Assembly (NCBI RefSeq): GCF_022539665.2
Contig: NC_081333.1
Span: forward strand, 5,828,001 to 5,892,000
Direction of reading: 5' to 3'
DNA: 64,000 nt
Source: Daphnia carinata
Taxonomy: Eukaryota
Every line of letters starts with the position of its first letter. The first letter of the stretch is position 1. Below the pieces are notes generated by a model. That model ran no database searches. It was not told where the DNA came from and was given only the letters and a program-made list of their open reading frames with translations. Made by a program: the position numbers and the translations under genes. This document shows positions 1-11,900 of this stretch, one piece after another.

Positions 1-3000
1 ACCCAATTACTCAACCTATCAACAAACGCAGAGACCCCAGTACAGCAACGCACCGATACATTACAATCAACCAAACTTTCAACCACACAACAATCAACAA
101 GTGTATCATCAAAATCTGGGTTATCCTCAACAATACCCACAGCAACGACAAAACCAGCCGAACACCCCCGACACCCTTGGGAATAAGATTATTATCTGCT
201 ACAAGTGCAATAAAAGAGGACACATTGCACGAGAATGTTGGACAGATATGGCACGTATCAACAACCCGAACCACCGTCTAATGAACTAAACACAATTTTC
301 CTTACCAAACAACCCCCCAACATATAATTTAGAATCAGCGATACCCAAACTAATACGTATACCCATTAGAATTTTTGGAAAAGAAATTAACGCTTTAGTA
401 GACACAGGAGCCGCAGCTAGTTTAGTTTCAGACAGCATATTTTTCAACCTAAAGAAGAGGGAAGAACTTTAAAAAATTAAAAACACTTCCTCGCCAATAT
501 TCAGAACGGTGTCAGGAGAAATACTAAAACCAATGGGAAAATTTGAATTTTCAATTATCATTAACGATAATCACGTTATTAATCATCATTTCTTTATCAT
601 GGAAAACTTAGGTGAGACTTGTATCCTGGGTTTAGACTTCTTATCGAACAACAATGTAAAAATTAATACTAGAAACAGACAGATCAATTACGACCATTTT
701 GGGGTAGAACATAACTTTGGAACAAATATACACCCAATATACAGCCTAACGTTTGACAAAGTAGGCATTCATATCCCACTCATCCCATACCATTCACCAG
801 AAAATAACGATAACAATGACCTTACAGAAGCAGATTACCGCACCCTAGAATCTCTTTCCCAATCAGACAATAATATGAAATCTAAACGAATCAGAAAAAG
901 CCACGAAGGTGAAACAACCAACATCCCTGAAGAGATACTCATTAAAATAGAAATTTTATTGAAAAAACACGAGGCCCTATTCGCAGAAAAAGAATCAGAT
1001 CTGGGCGTAGAAACTGATAAAAACTGTAAACGTCCCATTAACATAGGATACAACGCCCCCATTACTCTAAGATTACGCAGAACTCCAGAAGCATTAAAAC
1101 TTATTGTAAAAACAAAAATTGAAGTAATGCTGAGTAACAATATTATTAGAGAAAATCACAACCCATTTGCAGCAGCCATAGTAATGGTACCAAAAAAAGA
1201 TAAAGAAAAGCGTACGTGTATTGATTATAGGGCACTGAACAAAATAACCGTAAAAGACAAATATCCTTTACCAAGAATTGACGACACCATTGATGCATTG
1301 AACGGATCAGCTTATTTTTAGACATTGGATTTACTCTAGCGGCTACTGGCAAATCGAGATAGATGAAGGCGACAAACACAAAATCGCTTTCATCTGTGAA
1401 TTTGGACAATATGAATTTAATAGAATGCCATTTGGGTTAACAAATGTACCAAGCACTTTTCAACGAGCAATGAATAACATCTTAAAATCAGTATTGTTCA
1501 AATTTGCATTGGTTTATCTGGATGACATCATAGTGTTCAGTAATAATATTGCTGAACATGTGACACATCTAGAAACAGTGTTTAAGCTTCTTAAAGACGC
1601 AGGGCTTAAAAAGAAAGACAAGTGAATTTTTTAAAGAAGAGTTAGATTATTTAGGATACATTGTTTCGAAAAAAGGAATAACACCGAATACGAAAAAGCT
1701 AGAAGCAATCATCAAATACCCGGCTCCCAAAAACGTGAAGGAATTGAGCTCATTTTTAGGTCTGGCTAGCTATTATCGAAAATTCATCCGGGCTTTTGCT
1801 GATAAAGCCCACCCACTGACAGCGCTAACGAGAAAATCAGCCGAGTGGAAATGGGGAGAGGAACAAAAGGACGCTTTTGACTGTATCAAGAACTTTCTCA
1901 TAACTAGACCTATCCTAGGGTATCCAGATTTTTCGCGCGACTTTATCATCCACACGGATGCGTCAGGATACGGAATAGCAGCGGATTCAGCGGAGTCCGA
2001 CGTACAGGAACCCCGTGAATCAGACGGCGCGGAAGTCGTCATAGCGTGTAGCTCTAAACATCTGAACGACCGCGAGGCCAAGTGGTCAACCACAGTGAAA
2101 GAGGCTTACGCAATCATCCATGCGATAGAAGTATTTAGAACATATTTATACGGACGCAGATTTACCGTATTTACAGACCTTAGACCTTTGGAATGGCTAA
2201 TGAGCAAGACAGAACCCGCAGGAAGATTAGCTAGATGGGCACTAAAACTCCAAGAATTTGACATCGCTATTGGGTACCGACCACTGAAGTCACACCAAAA
2301 TGCTGACACCCTAAGTCGTATTCCCATAGTGCCACTAGCAAGCGTAGAAACAAGGGCAACAGGAAAAGAAATTGTCATAAAAGAGCTTGAAAGAAACCGA
2401 AAAGAAAGTGAAAGATTAAAAAACAAACTACACATTGAAAGATTAAGGAAACAAGAACAACTTGATAGAGAAAATGAAAGTAGTTAGACAGGAAGCGAAA
2501 GTTTCGAAAGGAAAAATCATGAAGAGGAAAGCAAAAGTTTTGAAAGGGAAATTAGAAGTGAAAGTAAACGGACTTGGAGAGAAGACAGATGGCTAGAACA
2601 ACAGCAGGCAGATAAATATTGCCAAAAATTAATGATAAAAATACAAGAAGATAGCCAGAAAAGTAACAGATTTAGAAGCAACTTTATAATCAACGAAAAA
2701 GGTTTATTAACAGATAGGCAAGGAAAGCTAGTAGTCCCTATGACGTTAGTCACTGAGATTTTACGAGCAAACCATGATCAAATGTTAGCAGGACATTTAG
2801 GAATAGAAAAAACAATAGCCAGACTTCGAGAACAATACTTCTTCCCACATATGCGACAAAACGTAACAGAATACATCAAAAATTGCCTAAAATGCGCAAG
2901 ACGCAAGGCTGTGGGAGGAAGTAAAGCACCATTGCAACCTATGCCCCCAGCCGAAAGGATGTGGGAAAGACTCGCGATGGATATTGTGGGTCCAGTTCCA

Positions 3001-3105
3001 ATAAGCGCAAAGGGACATAGGTACATTTTGGTCCTATCAGATTACGCCAGTCGTTTCGTTTTTTCCAACGTGACACTGAGTGGACAAAATGCCAAGAAAA
3101 ATTAA
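1..3105 (+). pseudogene. Gypsy gag-pol remnant, integrase core deleted after ~3060
   Basis: ORF pieces 101-289, 509-1321, 1425-1625, 1735-2487 and 2632-3105. Integrase breaks off just after AMDIVGP...LSDYASRF. Confidence 0.92.
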
Positions 3106-5421
3106 GAACACTGGTAAGCAGTAATGATCCATTAGTGCGATCACAAACTGCAGTTGCCAACTGCAGCAAAACAAAAGAACGAGGACAAGCTTTCGAATAT
3201 ACATCTGATTTCACCATTCGACCATTCAACACGAATACCTGTGTTAAAGCCAATACAACAATGCTCGTTCTTCAAGAATGCGCGAACACCAACTCAATCT
3301 GGGGCACATTCGAATACACAGGCCAGCTCATGGCAACAGATAGAACCGGATTACATTCACCTTCATCAGACAGAAAGTGTCTAACACAGAGAGTAGGACG
3401 TGTCAGCCTGGGGCATTGTCACAGCTCCAGTAAAAAATAACACTTTAGCTTTGAATACCGCAACCCACATCAAATAAGGACGCTTTCAGCGGCAGCCATT
3501 ATAGATACACACTCAACAATCATTGGACGGGAAAACACTCCCATCTATACCGTCACTAATGCAAAGGGAGATCAATAACCAATCAGAGAAGAACAACACT
3601 TTAGCCACTCCCCCTGCCAACGCCCACAACAGAAAAATCCACAACAACGACAAGCGCTACGACGACTACAAAGCCCACAATAAAAACAATCTTGGGAACA
3701 ACGATAAAAACCACGGTAAAAATCACGACAACAATTAAGCCAGCTACAAGCACAGCAGCCAACAAACCAACAATAACACATAAAATAACAACAAAACCCA
3801 GTATAACAACAACATCACAAAACCATCCATAACTACAAAACCAATAATCACGTCAACAAGCACTAAACCTACCACTACTACTAGGCCTACGACAACTATT
3901 AAAATAACTTCAACTTCAAGAACCACTACAACCACGAAGCCTACGTCAACAACAACAACGGCTACTACGACAAGCTCCACAACAACAGCAACAACAACAA
4001 CGCACCAACCAAGCACAACTACGCAAAGTACGACGACAGTAAAAGAGAGTCCAATGACCCCACAATCGTCAACACAGACAGCCAGAATGACCCCATTAAC
4101 TACAACAGAAACAACGTCTACAACAGAAGAAAATCAAATTCGGGCCATCGAGAATAACTTTCCAAATTTACCACCCGCTGAGTCCGTTAATGGATCAGAA
4201 AACTAAAGAGTCATTAATTAATGATAATGTGGAAAGCGGTCTACCTAAAAACATCGAAGAATTCAACGACAAGATTAAATACGAAATAAGCAAAATGCAC
4301 GACCAATATAAAATCAGCGTTGAAACAGAACACGAAAACAAACTCGCAAAAGAAATTCGAGATGTTTATTGTCAACTATCGACAATCAAAAGAACACAGG
4401 CCGTTATCTTAGCTCAAACCAACGGAATTTTGGCTTCAGCAGCAATAGGTTTACCGATCTGTACGAGACTACAAGGCTTTGGTCAAGCAATGACACTTCA
4501 ACAATGCGAAGCCAAAAGAATTTTTATATCAACAAATGAATCAAAATGTGGATTTCAACCGTTCTTTACTTACGAAGGAAAGAACTGTACGATCGGAACA
4601 GATGGATGGTAAATTCACCCATTTTCCGATTGTTTTTGGAAAACACCGTTAGTGAATTTGAATGGAAATCCACACACCTGGGAACACAACTCTACAACAG
4701 GAGATTGGATACGCCAGAAACCTAGCATTCACATGCCTAATCTAGACCTCATTACAGAATTTGAAGAACTCCACCTTAATGATTTCGACTTCTCGCTGAA
4801 AAGTCACCCAGCACACGAGACAATGGAGATGGAACAATTAAATATCCTAAATGACCTAGTAGGTAGAATGCAAGAAGGAAATTCCAATACTGTTGGAGAT
4901 ATTGTGATGTCAGAGCAACAAGATAATAAAAAAAAGGCCACATGTTATCATGGTTCGACAAATTGAAAATAATAGGTCTATCAGCGATTGGATTTGTGCT
5001 TTTCCTCGTATGCTTACGGATATTCATCATTTGCAACCCCATCTCGAAGATTAAAGAACATATACGCAGAAAACGGAAGTTTACAAGCAGATACGATGAT
5101 GGCATAGAGGAAGAACACGAACTCGCATCAATGATACCAGGACGAGAAACAAATTACCATTCAGACATAGCAATCGAACAACCGTTCATAAGAGCGGCCG
5201 CCCCAGCACAGCTGACAACAGAAAGACAAGGTCAAATACGTTCTCCACGGCCAAGCGCACCAAATTCATTAATATACCCATTTGTCGAGGAAACTGACAC
5301 ACCCAAACGATGTACAGGAAGACATACCACGTGCACTTACGTCGTCGGGTATGGGATGGTCTGGGAAGACCTCTGTCGTTGCATGTCAGAAGCAGACAGC
5401 GGTAATTCAGCCAAAAAGTGA
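3106..5421 (+). pseudogene. Env-like membrane glycoprotein (lectin-like + mucin-like + conserved core + TM), fragmented
   Basis: Cys-patterned segment at 3110-3460 and Thr-rich tract at ~3600-4130. Core EHENKLAKEIRDVYCQ aligns by eye with the 61365-62618 ORF. TM segment IIGLSAIGFVLFLVCLRIFIIC is followed by a basic cytoplasmic tail. Confidence 0.75.
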
Positions 5422-6779
5422 AAATCCCCAAGGTCACTGAAATTAGAAGTAGCCACAAAACGTAGCCCTTGACAACTTAGTTAATTACATAATAAATTAA
5501 CAGCCCCCAATAAAAAACGCACTTACCAGAATTTAAAAGCTTCAACAATTAAGTTGATTATCATTTCTTGAATCCTTACCATTATTCAATACTCTGAAAC
5601 TTTATAGTAAAAACAAACAAACAAACAAACTCAAAATAACAATTATTGTATTTCCTAACTAACACCTTATCTCCAAAATCAAAAATTGAACAAGCAAACT
5701 AACAAACTCGAATGACCACGTCAAAATCCCAATTAATCAGCCTAACTACAAAATCAATAACAAAACCAAATAATAATACAAAAGAAAATCATCCGTCAGT
5801 TGAATCACAATTGGGAAGAGGAACACCATAATCAAAATAGCTGCGGAGTTGCGATGCACTTGTGTAGGCCGGGCGATAGTCACTCTCTTCTTCAAGACGC
5901 TCTTGCATAAAACGTGAAAAAAGAAGAAAAAGAAAAAGAAGAATTAAAAAAAAAAAAATTTATAAAGCAAAACAACACTTACGAATAATAGTAATCGTTG
6001 TGCGCCGGACGTTTGTACCCGAAATCCAGTGTCACCAAACCCGACACTTTAAAAGCCAGTCGAAACAAACCGAAGAAGAGGCTCCGATCCTCTTCGCGGA
6101 ATCTCCAGAAAAGGCTCGTAGGAGTAGAAAAAATCGCGTCATGAAGCCCACGCAAGGCCATATCAATCTGTTGTCGATAATGAAACACGTACACGTTGAG
6201 GAACACCCCACTGGAAAACGAAGAAACAAACATAACGACGGCACAAGTAGCGTAATCTTCAAAGTAACGAGGAAAACTAACTCACAAAGAAGAATGAGAA
6301 CAGGAGGACCCCTATAAGAAAATGACAAAGACTAAAAAAGGAATAAAGAAAGTTTGAAACGAACAGGATCGCCCTGCGGCAAATCCACATGTCAGCGCGA
6401 CACAAGACGCAGACAACATATTAAATGCACGAAAACCTGTTATTAAATTAAGAACATAGAAACAAGAACTTAAGGGAAAAGAAAAAGCAATACGACAAAC
6501 TTTGAAAGATTTGCAAACATGCGAAACTCTTCCCAGTGTTTCAACGGCATAAATCCAACAAAGTTTCACAATTCAGAGTGTGCATCACATACCATTAACT
6601 CATCTCAAAATTGCAAATAATTTTATCACAAAAGTTTACGACGGTAAAGGTACCATCATCCCCAGGAAGATGGAAAAGGTATACGAATTAATCACCATCA
6701 ACGACACCGAAAGTGAGGATAGTCAACAAGACTGCAGAGAAAAAGAAAGTGCGAAAAGTGCGGATGAAAACAACAATTC

Positions 6780-8015
6780 GTGCAATACATGGGATGGAAT
6801 GGAATAGAAACAGAAAAGAACGACTTTTTCGCAAATAGAGAGAAAGCAAATGACAGCAGTGAATCAAGTGAGGATGAAAACGAGGGTTTAACGGCGTATA
6901 GTGGAATAGCACCCGATTGCGAAAGTGTCTATAGTGTTGATTTTATATTAGGAAATTACAGTAACACTTATCTTCAGTGTGAACCTTCCAAAAAACGGAA
7001 TAAGCCTGACGACCAACAAAGGGGAACACAGGCATGCAAAAATTGTCGGATGAAAACGATAGCATCCCTATCAGTAGCCCGAGCAGAAAAAATCCAACTA
7101 CGAAGACAAGCCATGATAGACTTAGAAAACGGAAAACTTTCATTAACGATGATGGGAGCTCCAATGCAGGTAATAAGAAGGTGCATCCAAAATAAATTCA
7201 AAAGGCAACAAGGTTGGCCGAGACAGAAGATGGCAACATTTCTCAATAAAAGATTCGAAGAGGAACAGACGCTACTCCACACCAGCATACGAAGATGTAG
7301 GTACGACATTACCGATCTTTTACTATCCTTCGGAGGGGACCCATAGATACTCTATCACGGCAAAACAATTGGCCATATCGCAGCGGCCAAAGATAATGAT
7401 CTACTGTTACTCAGGATCCTAAAGCATAACAACTGCGAATTTACAGCTCGCAACTACAACGGAGAAACTCCCTTAATGTTGGCAATCTCATACGAAAACC
7501 AAGAATGTGCAAAGTTAATATGGACACCAACTAACATCAACATTGCAACACCTGACGGCAGAACCGTTTTGCATTATTTAGCCATGTATGGCCTAGAGGA
7601 CCTGACCACCCAAATTTGCGCAAAGAGAATCATCAACATCAACCAACAAGACGACTCAGGCAAAACCGCCTTACACGAAGCAGCCGGATTCAACCGAATC
7701 AACATCATCGAGCTTTTACTGCTACACGGAGCAGACGGAAGGATAAAAAACTCCCATGGACGTGCGGCTGGATCAGAAACATGCAGCTCAAGAGCGCAAA
7801 CCATATTCCAAAAATGGGAACTAAAACATAACAGTAATTCCCTGGCTAAAACTAGAAGAAAAGAACACCAACAATACAGCCGCGAGGAAAATGATCAAGC
7901 CGTAATCAACATAGCCGATATACCAGGCACAAAGAAAAGCAAGAATAAAAGGAGAAAAGAAAGAAGACAATACACCAACAACCTTATTAAAATCACATAC
8001 AACTCTTTTTCTTAA
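6780..8015 (+). pseudogene. Ankyrin-repeat protein ORF inside the Gypsy element (frameshift ~7340)
   Basis: About five ankyrin repeats: QTLLHTSI, GKTIGHIAA, GETPLMLAI, GRTVLHYLA and GKTALHEAA...IIELLLLHGAD. Confidence 0.85.
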
Positions 8016-8110
8016 ATTTTAGGTGAAGGAACAAGTTTTATTTTTCAACCATAGCAACAACTGTAGTCGGTGATGAAAAATGCAAATTGGACGACCAATT
8101 CTTCTTACCG

Positions 8111-8320
8111 AAGAGGGGAAGGAATGTAACAAGCCCAAAGGCTATCCAAAGGAAGCCACACCTCATACATCCCTCAAGCGTTTCACAAGTGAAAGTGAAC
8201 GTATCTCCTCCCACTTCACCTTCATAATTTGTATCCTTTAGTATTATAAATACTGCATGATTGTAACATGTAATTCGGAGTTGTTTTCGGCAACTCACTG
8301 CAAATACACGAGGTATTGGA
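8111..8320 (+). repeat. Polypurine tract and truncated 3' LTR of the Gypsy element
   Basis: AAGAGGGGAAGGAA (8111-8124) is followed directly by TGTAAC at 8125. TATAAA lies near 8245. The sequence runs into satellite at ~8320. Confidence 0.6.
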
Positions 8321-8850
8321 AACTATACAATACAGTGAATTTCAATATGTACATTCAAACAACATCAAATATACGTATAATCAATGCGAATATAGTGTGA
8401 TACAGTGAGTTTCAATATCTACATTCAACCAGCGTCAAATATACGTGTATTCAATGCGAATATAGAGTGATACAGTGAGTGTCAATATCTACATTCAAAC
8501 AGCATCAAATAAACGTGTATTCAATGTGAATATAGTGTGATACAGTGAGTTTCAATATCAACATTCAAACAACATCAAATATACGTGTATTCAATGTGAA
8601 TATAGTGTGATACAGTGAGTTTTAATATCTACATTCAAACAGCATCAAATATACGTGTATTCAATGTGAATATAGTGTGATACAGTGAGTTTCAATATCT
8701 ACATTCAAACAGCAACAAATATACGTGTATTCAATGTGAATATAGTGTTATACAATCAGTTTCAATATCTACATTCAAACAGAATCAAATATACGTGTAT
8801 TCAATGTGAATATAGTGTTATAGGATCAGTTTTAATAGTTACATTCAAAC
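8321..8850 (+). repeat. 70-bp tandem satellite (~7.5 units)
   Basis: Unit TACAGTGAGTTTCAATATCTACATTCAAACAGCATCAAATATACGTGTATTCAATGTGAATATAGTGTGA recurs at 8331, 8401, 8471, 8541, 8611, 8681 and 8751. Confidence 0.97.
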
Positions 8851-8990
8851 TGTTGAAATATCATTATGAGCATGTTATGGTGTTTGTCGCCTTACGGCTC
8901 TCTCTTCTCTTTCAAACTCCGTATGTAAAGGTACTCTGTCCTAATACAGTTTGAATGTTATAATCTGATTATTCTTTCCATTTGGATATC
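8851..8990 (+). repeat. Copia 5' LTR (internally deleted; 3' end, PBS and gag start missing)
   Basis: Matches 13575-13782 except for a gap of ~70 bp. Joins directly to gag codons DGSNYREW at 8991. Confidence 0.9.
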
Positions 8991-11900
8991 GACGGATCCA
9001 ATTACCGTGAATGGCATTTTGAATTGTATCTGGTGTTAAAACTGTTGGATCTTTCAATGATTGTGTCAGGATATTAAGTGCGACCAGAAGAGGTATTTCT
9101 TTTTTTACCTTCGCAATTGAAACTATTCCTGCGAGTAACACAATTTCGATTGCCTCTGCATAGTTTAAATGTCTTTACATTTCAGCTGTCACTGACAACC
9201 ACACAGTTTAGAAGTACAATTTTGATTTATTTACACCATTTCAGTTCTACGATTCTCAACTGTCACTGTCAATCACACAGTTCAAAAGTTACACAGCTAA
9301 CCCAAAGTGGCAAATGAAATAACAGTAACTACACCTAATTTTTTGTTTATATTGTGTTAGTAGACCTATGATGGTGACCGAATCACAAACGAAGGAGTTA
9401 TCAATAGCTGGATCAAGAAAGACATTACAGCACAAAACTGCATATTCAGTGCGTTAACAAGAGAAATGAAACAAAACTTGTACACTCCTGGTTTGACTGC
9501 AGCCGATATGTGGAAAAAGTTGAATAATCAATATGAGATCAACACTGTGGAACAGATACATCTCATTTGGCAAAATTTTTATGATTTCAATTACACACAA
9601 GGTATTTAAAATTTAAAGTTATTGATACACATCTTGCACTTCATATCAACCTCTTCAACAGGTGACGACATGCGAACACATCTACAAAAATCAATCAACA
9701 TGTGTAGATAGACTGAGGGAAAGAAACCTAGTCATCGAAGAAATTCAATTCGTTAGCAAAGCCCTAGCTACCTTACCTGAGAGATTTAGAGTAGTGAGAT
9801 CAGTCTGGTCAAGTGTTCCAGTACACGAATGCACACTAGAAAACCTACTTCAACGTTTATTGTCTGAAGAAAACGTGATGGAGTCTTACTCAAAACAAGA
9901 AACAAGTAATGACGGATCATTTCGAGCCCTTAATGGAAGCAGAGGAGGTTATGGTCGTGGTAATTACCGAGGAGGACATTTTGGAATAAGAGGAGGATTC
10001 ATAAAAAAAAATGTGGAAGACATAATCACCAGTCTCTACCGAATTATAATGACACTCGGCCAAGATGCAACTACTGCAAGATCCGGGGCCATGAAGAGGA
10101 AGAGTGTTTTAAGAAAAAGAGAGCAGAAAATGTGAAAAGCAATGAAGAATGGGGCATGGCATCACCATCTTCATTTGGTCCCAGGAGTAGTATCTTTGCC
10201 TTCTTTGCCGATTCGGGAGCAACCAGACACATGTCAGATCAAAAAAGTTTTTTCTCAACTATTACACCAACTGAAGAAGGAAAATGGTCTGTGTCAGGTA
10301 AACGACATCCTAAACACACGATGTCTAAGTGGATGATTTTTTTTATTTTTTCTTTCTCTCTTTCACAAGGCATTGGCGATACAAAACTAAACGTACTGGG
10401 GAAAGGAGACATCAACGTAACCATAGAATTGGCCTAAACAATAACGCATTCAACTGTGAAAGACGCACTATACGTCCCAGAACTAGGAACAAACCTTTTT
10501 TCAATAGGCGTAGCTGCCAATAACGGAATAGGAGCACAATTTCGTGGAAAAAAGGTACAATCGAACACAACAAACAGAAATCAGCAATAGGCCCCAACTT
10601 AACAGAAAATCAAGCAATTCCTATTGGGTTATGCAGGATCTGCGAACTAGCCAAATTCCATCGCCAGCCAAGAAATCCAGCAAAGCAGACGGTTATGACA
10701 ACCCAGATTGGCAACTTGATACACACGGACGTCTGGACGCCATCTAATACAACAAGCATCGGGGAAACAAGATATTCCGTACTATTCAAGGATAATTTCA
10801 CCGGACACCTAACTGTCTACTTCATGAAGCTAAAATCTGAAGTGCCTGCCCTTTTTCGTCTTTACGAAGCAATGGTAAGGAATCAAACTGAAATCAAAAT
10901 CCGCGTACTGCGTAGTGATTGCGGTGGAGAATACTTTGGAAACGAATTAAGAAAATATCTTGCGGAAAAAGAGATTAGACACGAAAGCAGCGCCCCGTAC
11001 AACCAATCTCAAAATGGTGTTTCAGAAAGGACCAACCGTACATTACTCAATTCAGCCCGAAGCATTTTAATCTCAAGTGGACTTCAGCCAGAACTATGGG
11101 CAGAAGCAATATCGTATTCTACCTATATTCACAATCGTGTTCTATCTCGTACTAGAAAAATGACACGTCATGAAGCATGAACTAAAAAGAAACCAAACCT
11201 TTCTAACTTGCGGATTTTCGGCTCCAAAACCTTTGTACGTGTTCCAAACAGCAGGAAACTTGATGCAAAAAGCCAAGAAGGAGTCTTTCTAGGACGAAGC
11301 CATACACAAAATGCTGCCCGCATCCTTATCCTTGCCACCAGAAAAGTCATCACAAGCAATGATTTCAAGGTAGATGAACAAATAATCTGCAGCAACCTGA
11401 ATGAAAAATCTCTCTTCTTCAATAATGGAACAGTCTTGGATCAACGAAATCTTTCTTTTCATGCCCCCTCCCAACACAGCTGAAACAAATGATATTCAAG
11501 AAGCAGAAAACAATGAAAGCGAAACTCCACAAGCAGAACCGATGGAAGTCAACAAAGACCACAACAACATTCAGCAAGTTGAATAAAATCAACAAGAAGC
11601 TACGATTCAGAATAGCATCGAGGCTGAAATAGAGATTCCTTCCATTGAACCACAAGAGCGCCGCAGGTCAGCTCGTGAACCAGCCTACACTGAACGCTAA
11701 AATGCCTACAGACAAACATTAGCCAAACAAGGTCCATATGTATTCTTTCTGTCAACCATTTCCTTTTTCTCTCATCTTATTTTTTTTTTCTTTATTTTTT
11801 TCCCCTAATATTCACGCTAGCTAGAGACAAAACAAAAAAAAGAGGAGGATAATCACATAAAAAAAACATTTTTTTGAAAAATATTTACTTATTATTATTT

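Larger units (their letters stand above)
1..8320 (+). mobile_element. Decayed Ty3/Gypsy LTR retrotransposon with env-like and ankyrin ORFs (5' end outside window)
   Basis: Domain order is Gag knuckle CYKCNKRGHIAREC, protease ALVDTGA (~390), RT (KYPLPRIDD, YLDD), RNase H (HTDAS, NADTLSR), integrase HHCC, extra ORFs, then PPT and TG-initiated LTR at 8125. Many stops and frameshifts. Confidence 0.92.

Noticed and set aside
3744..4016. Val-rich minus-strand membrane protein ORF
   Set aside because: Antisense shadow of the Thr-rich (ACN) mucin-like tract.
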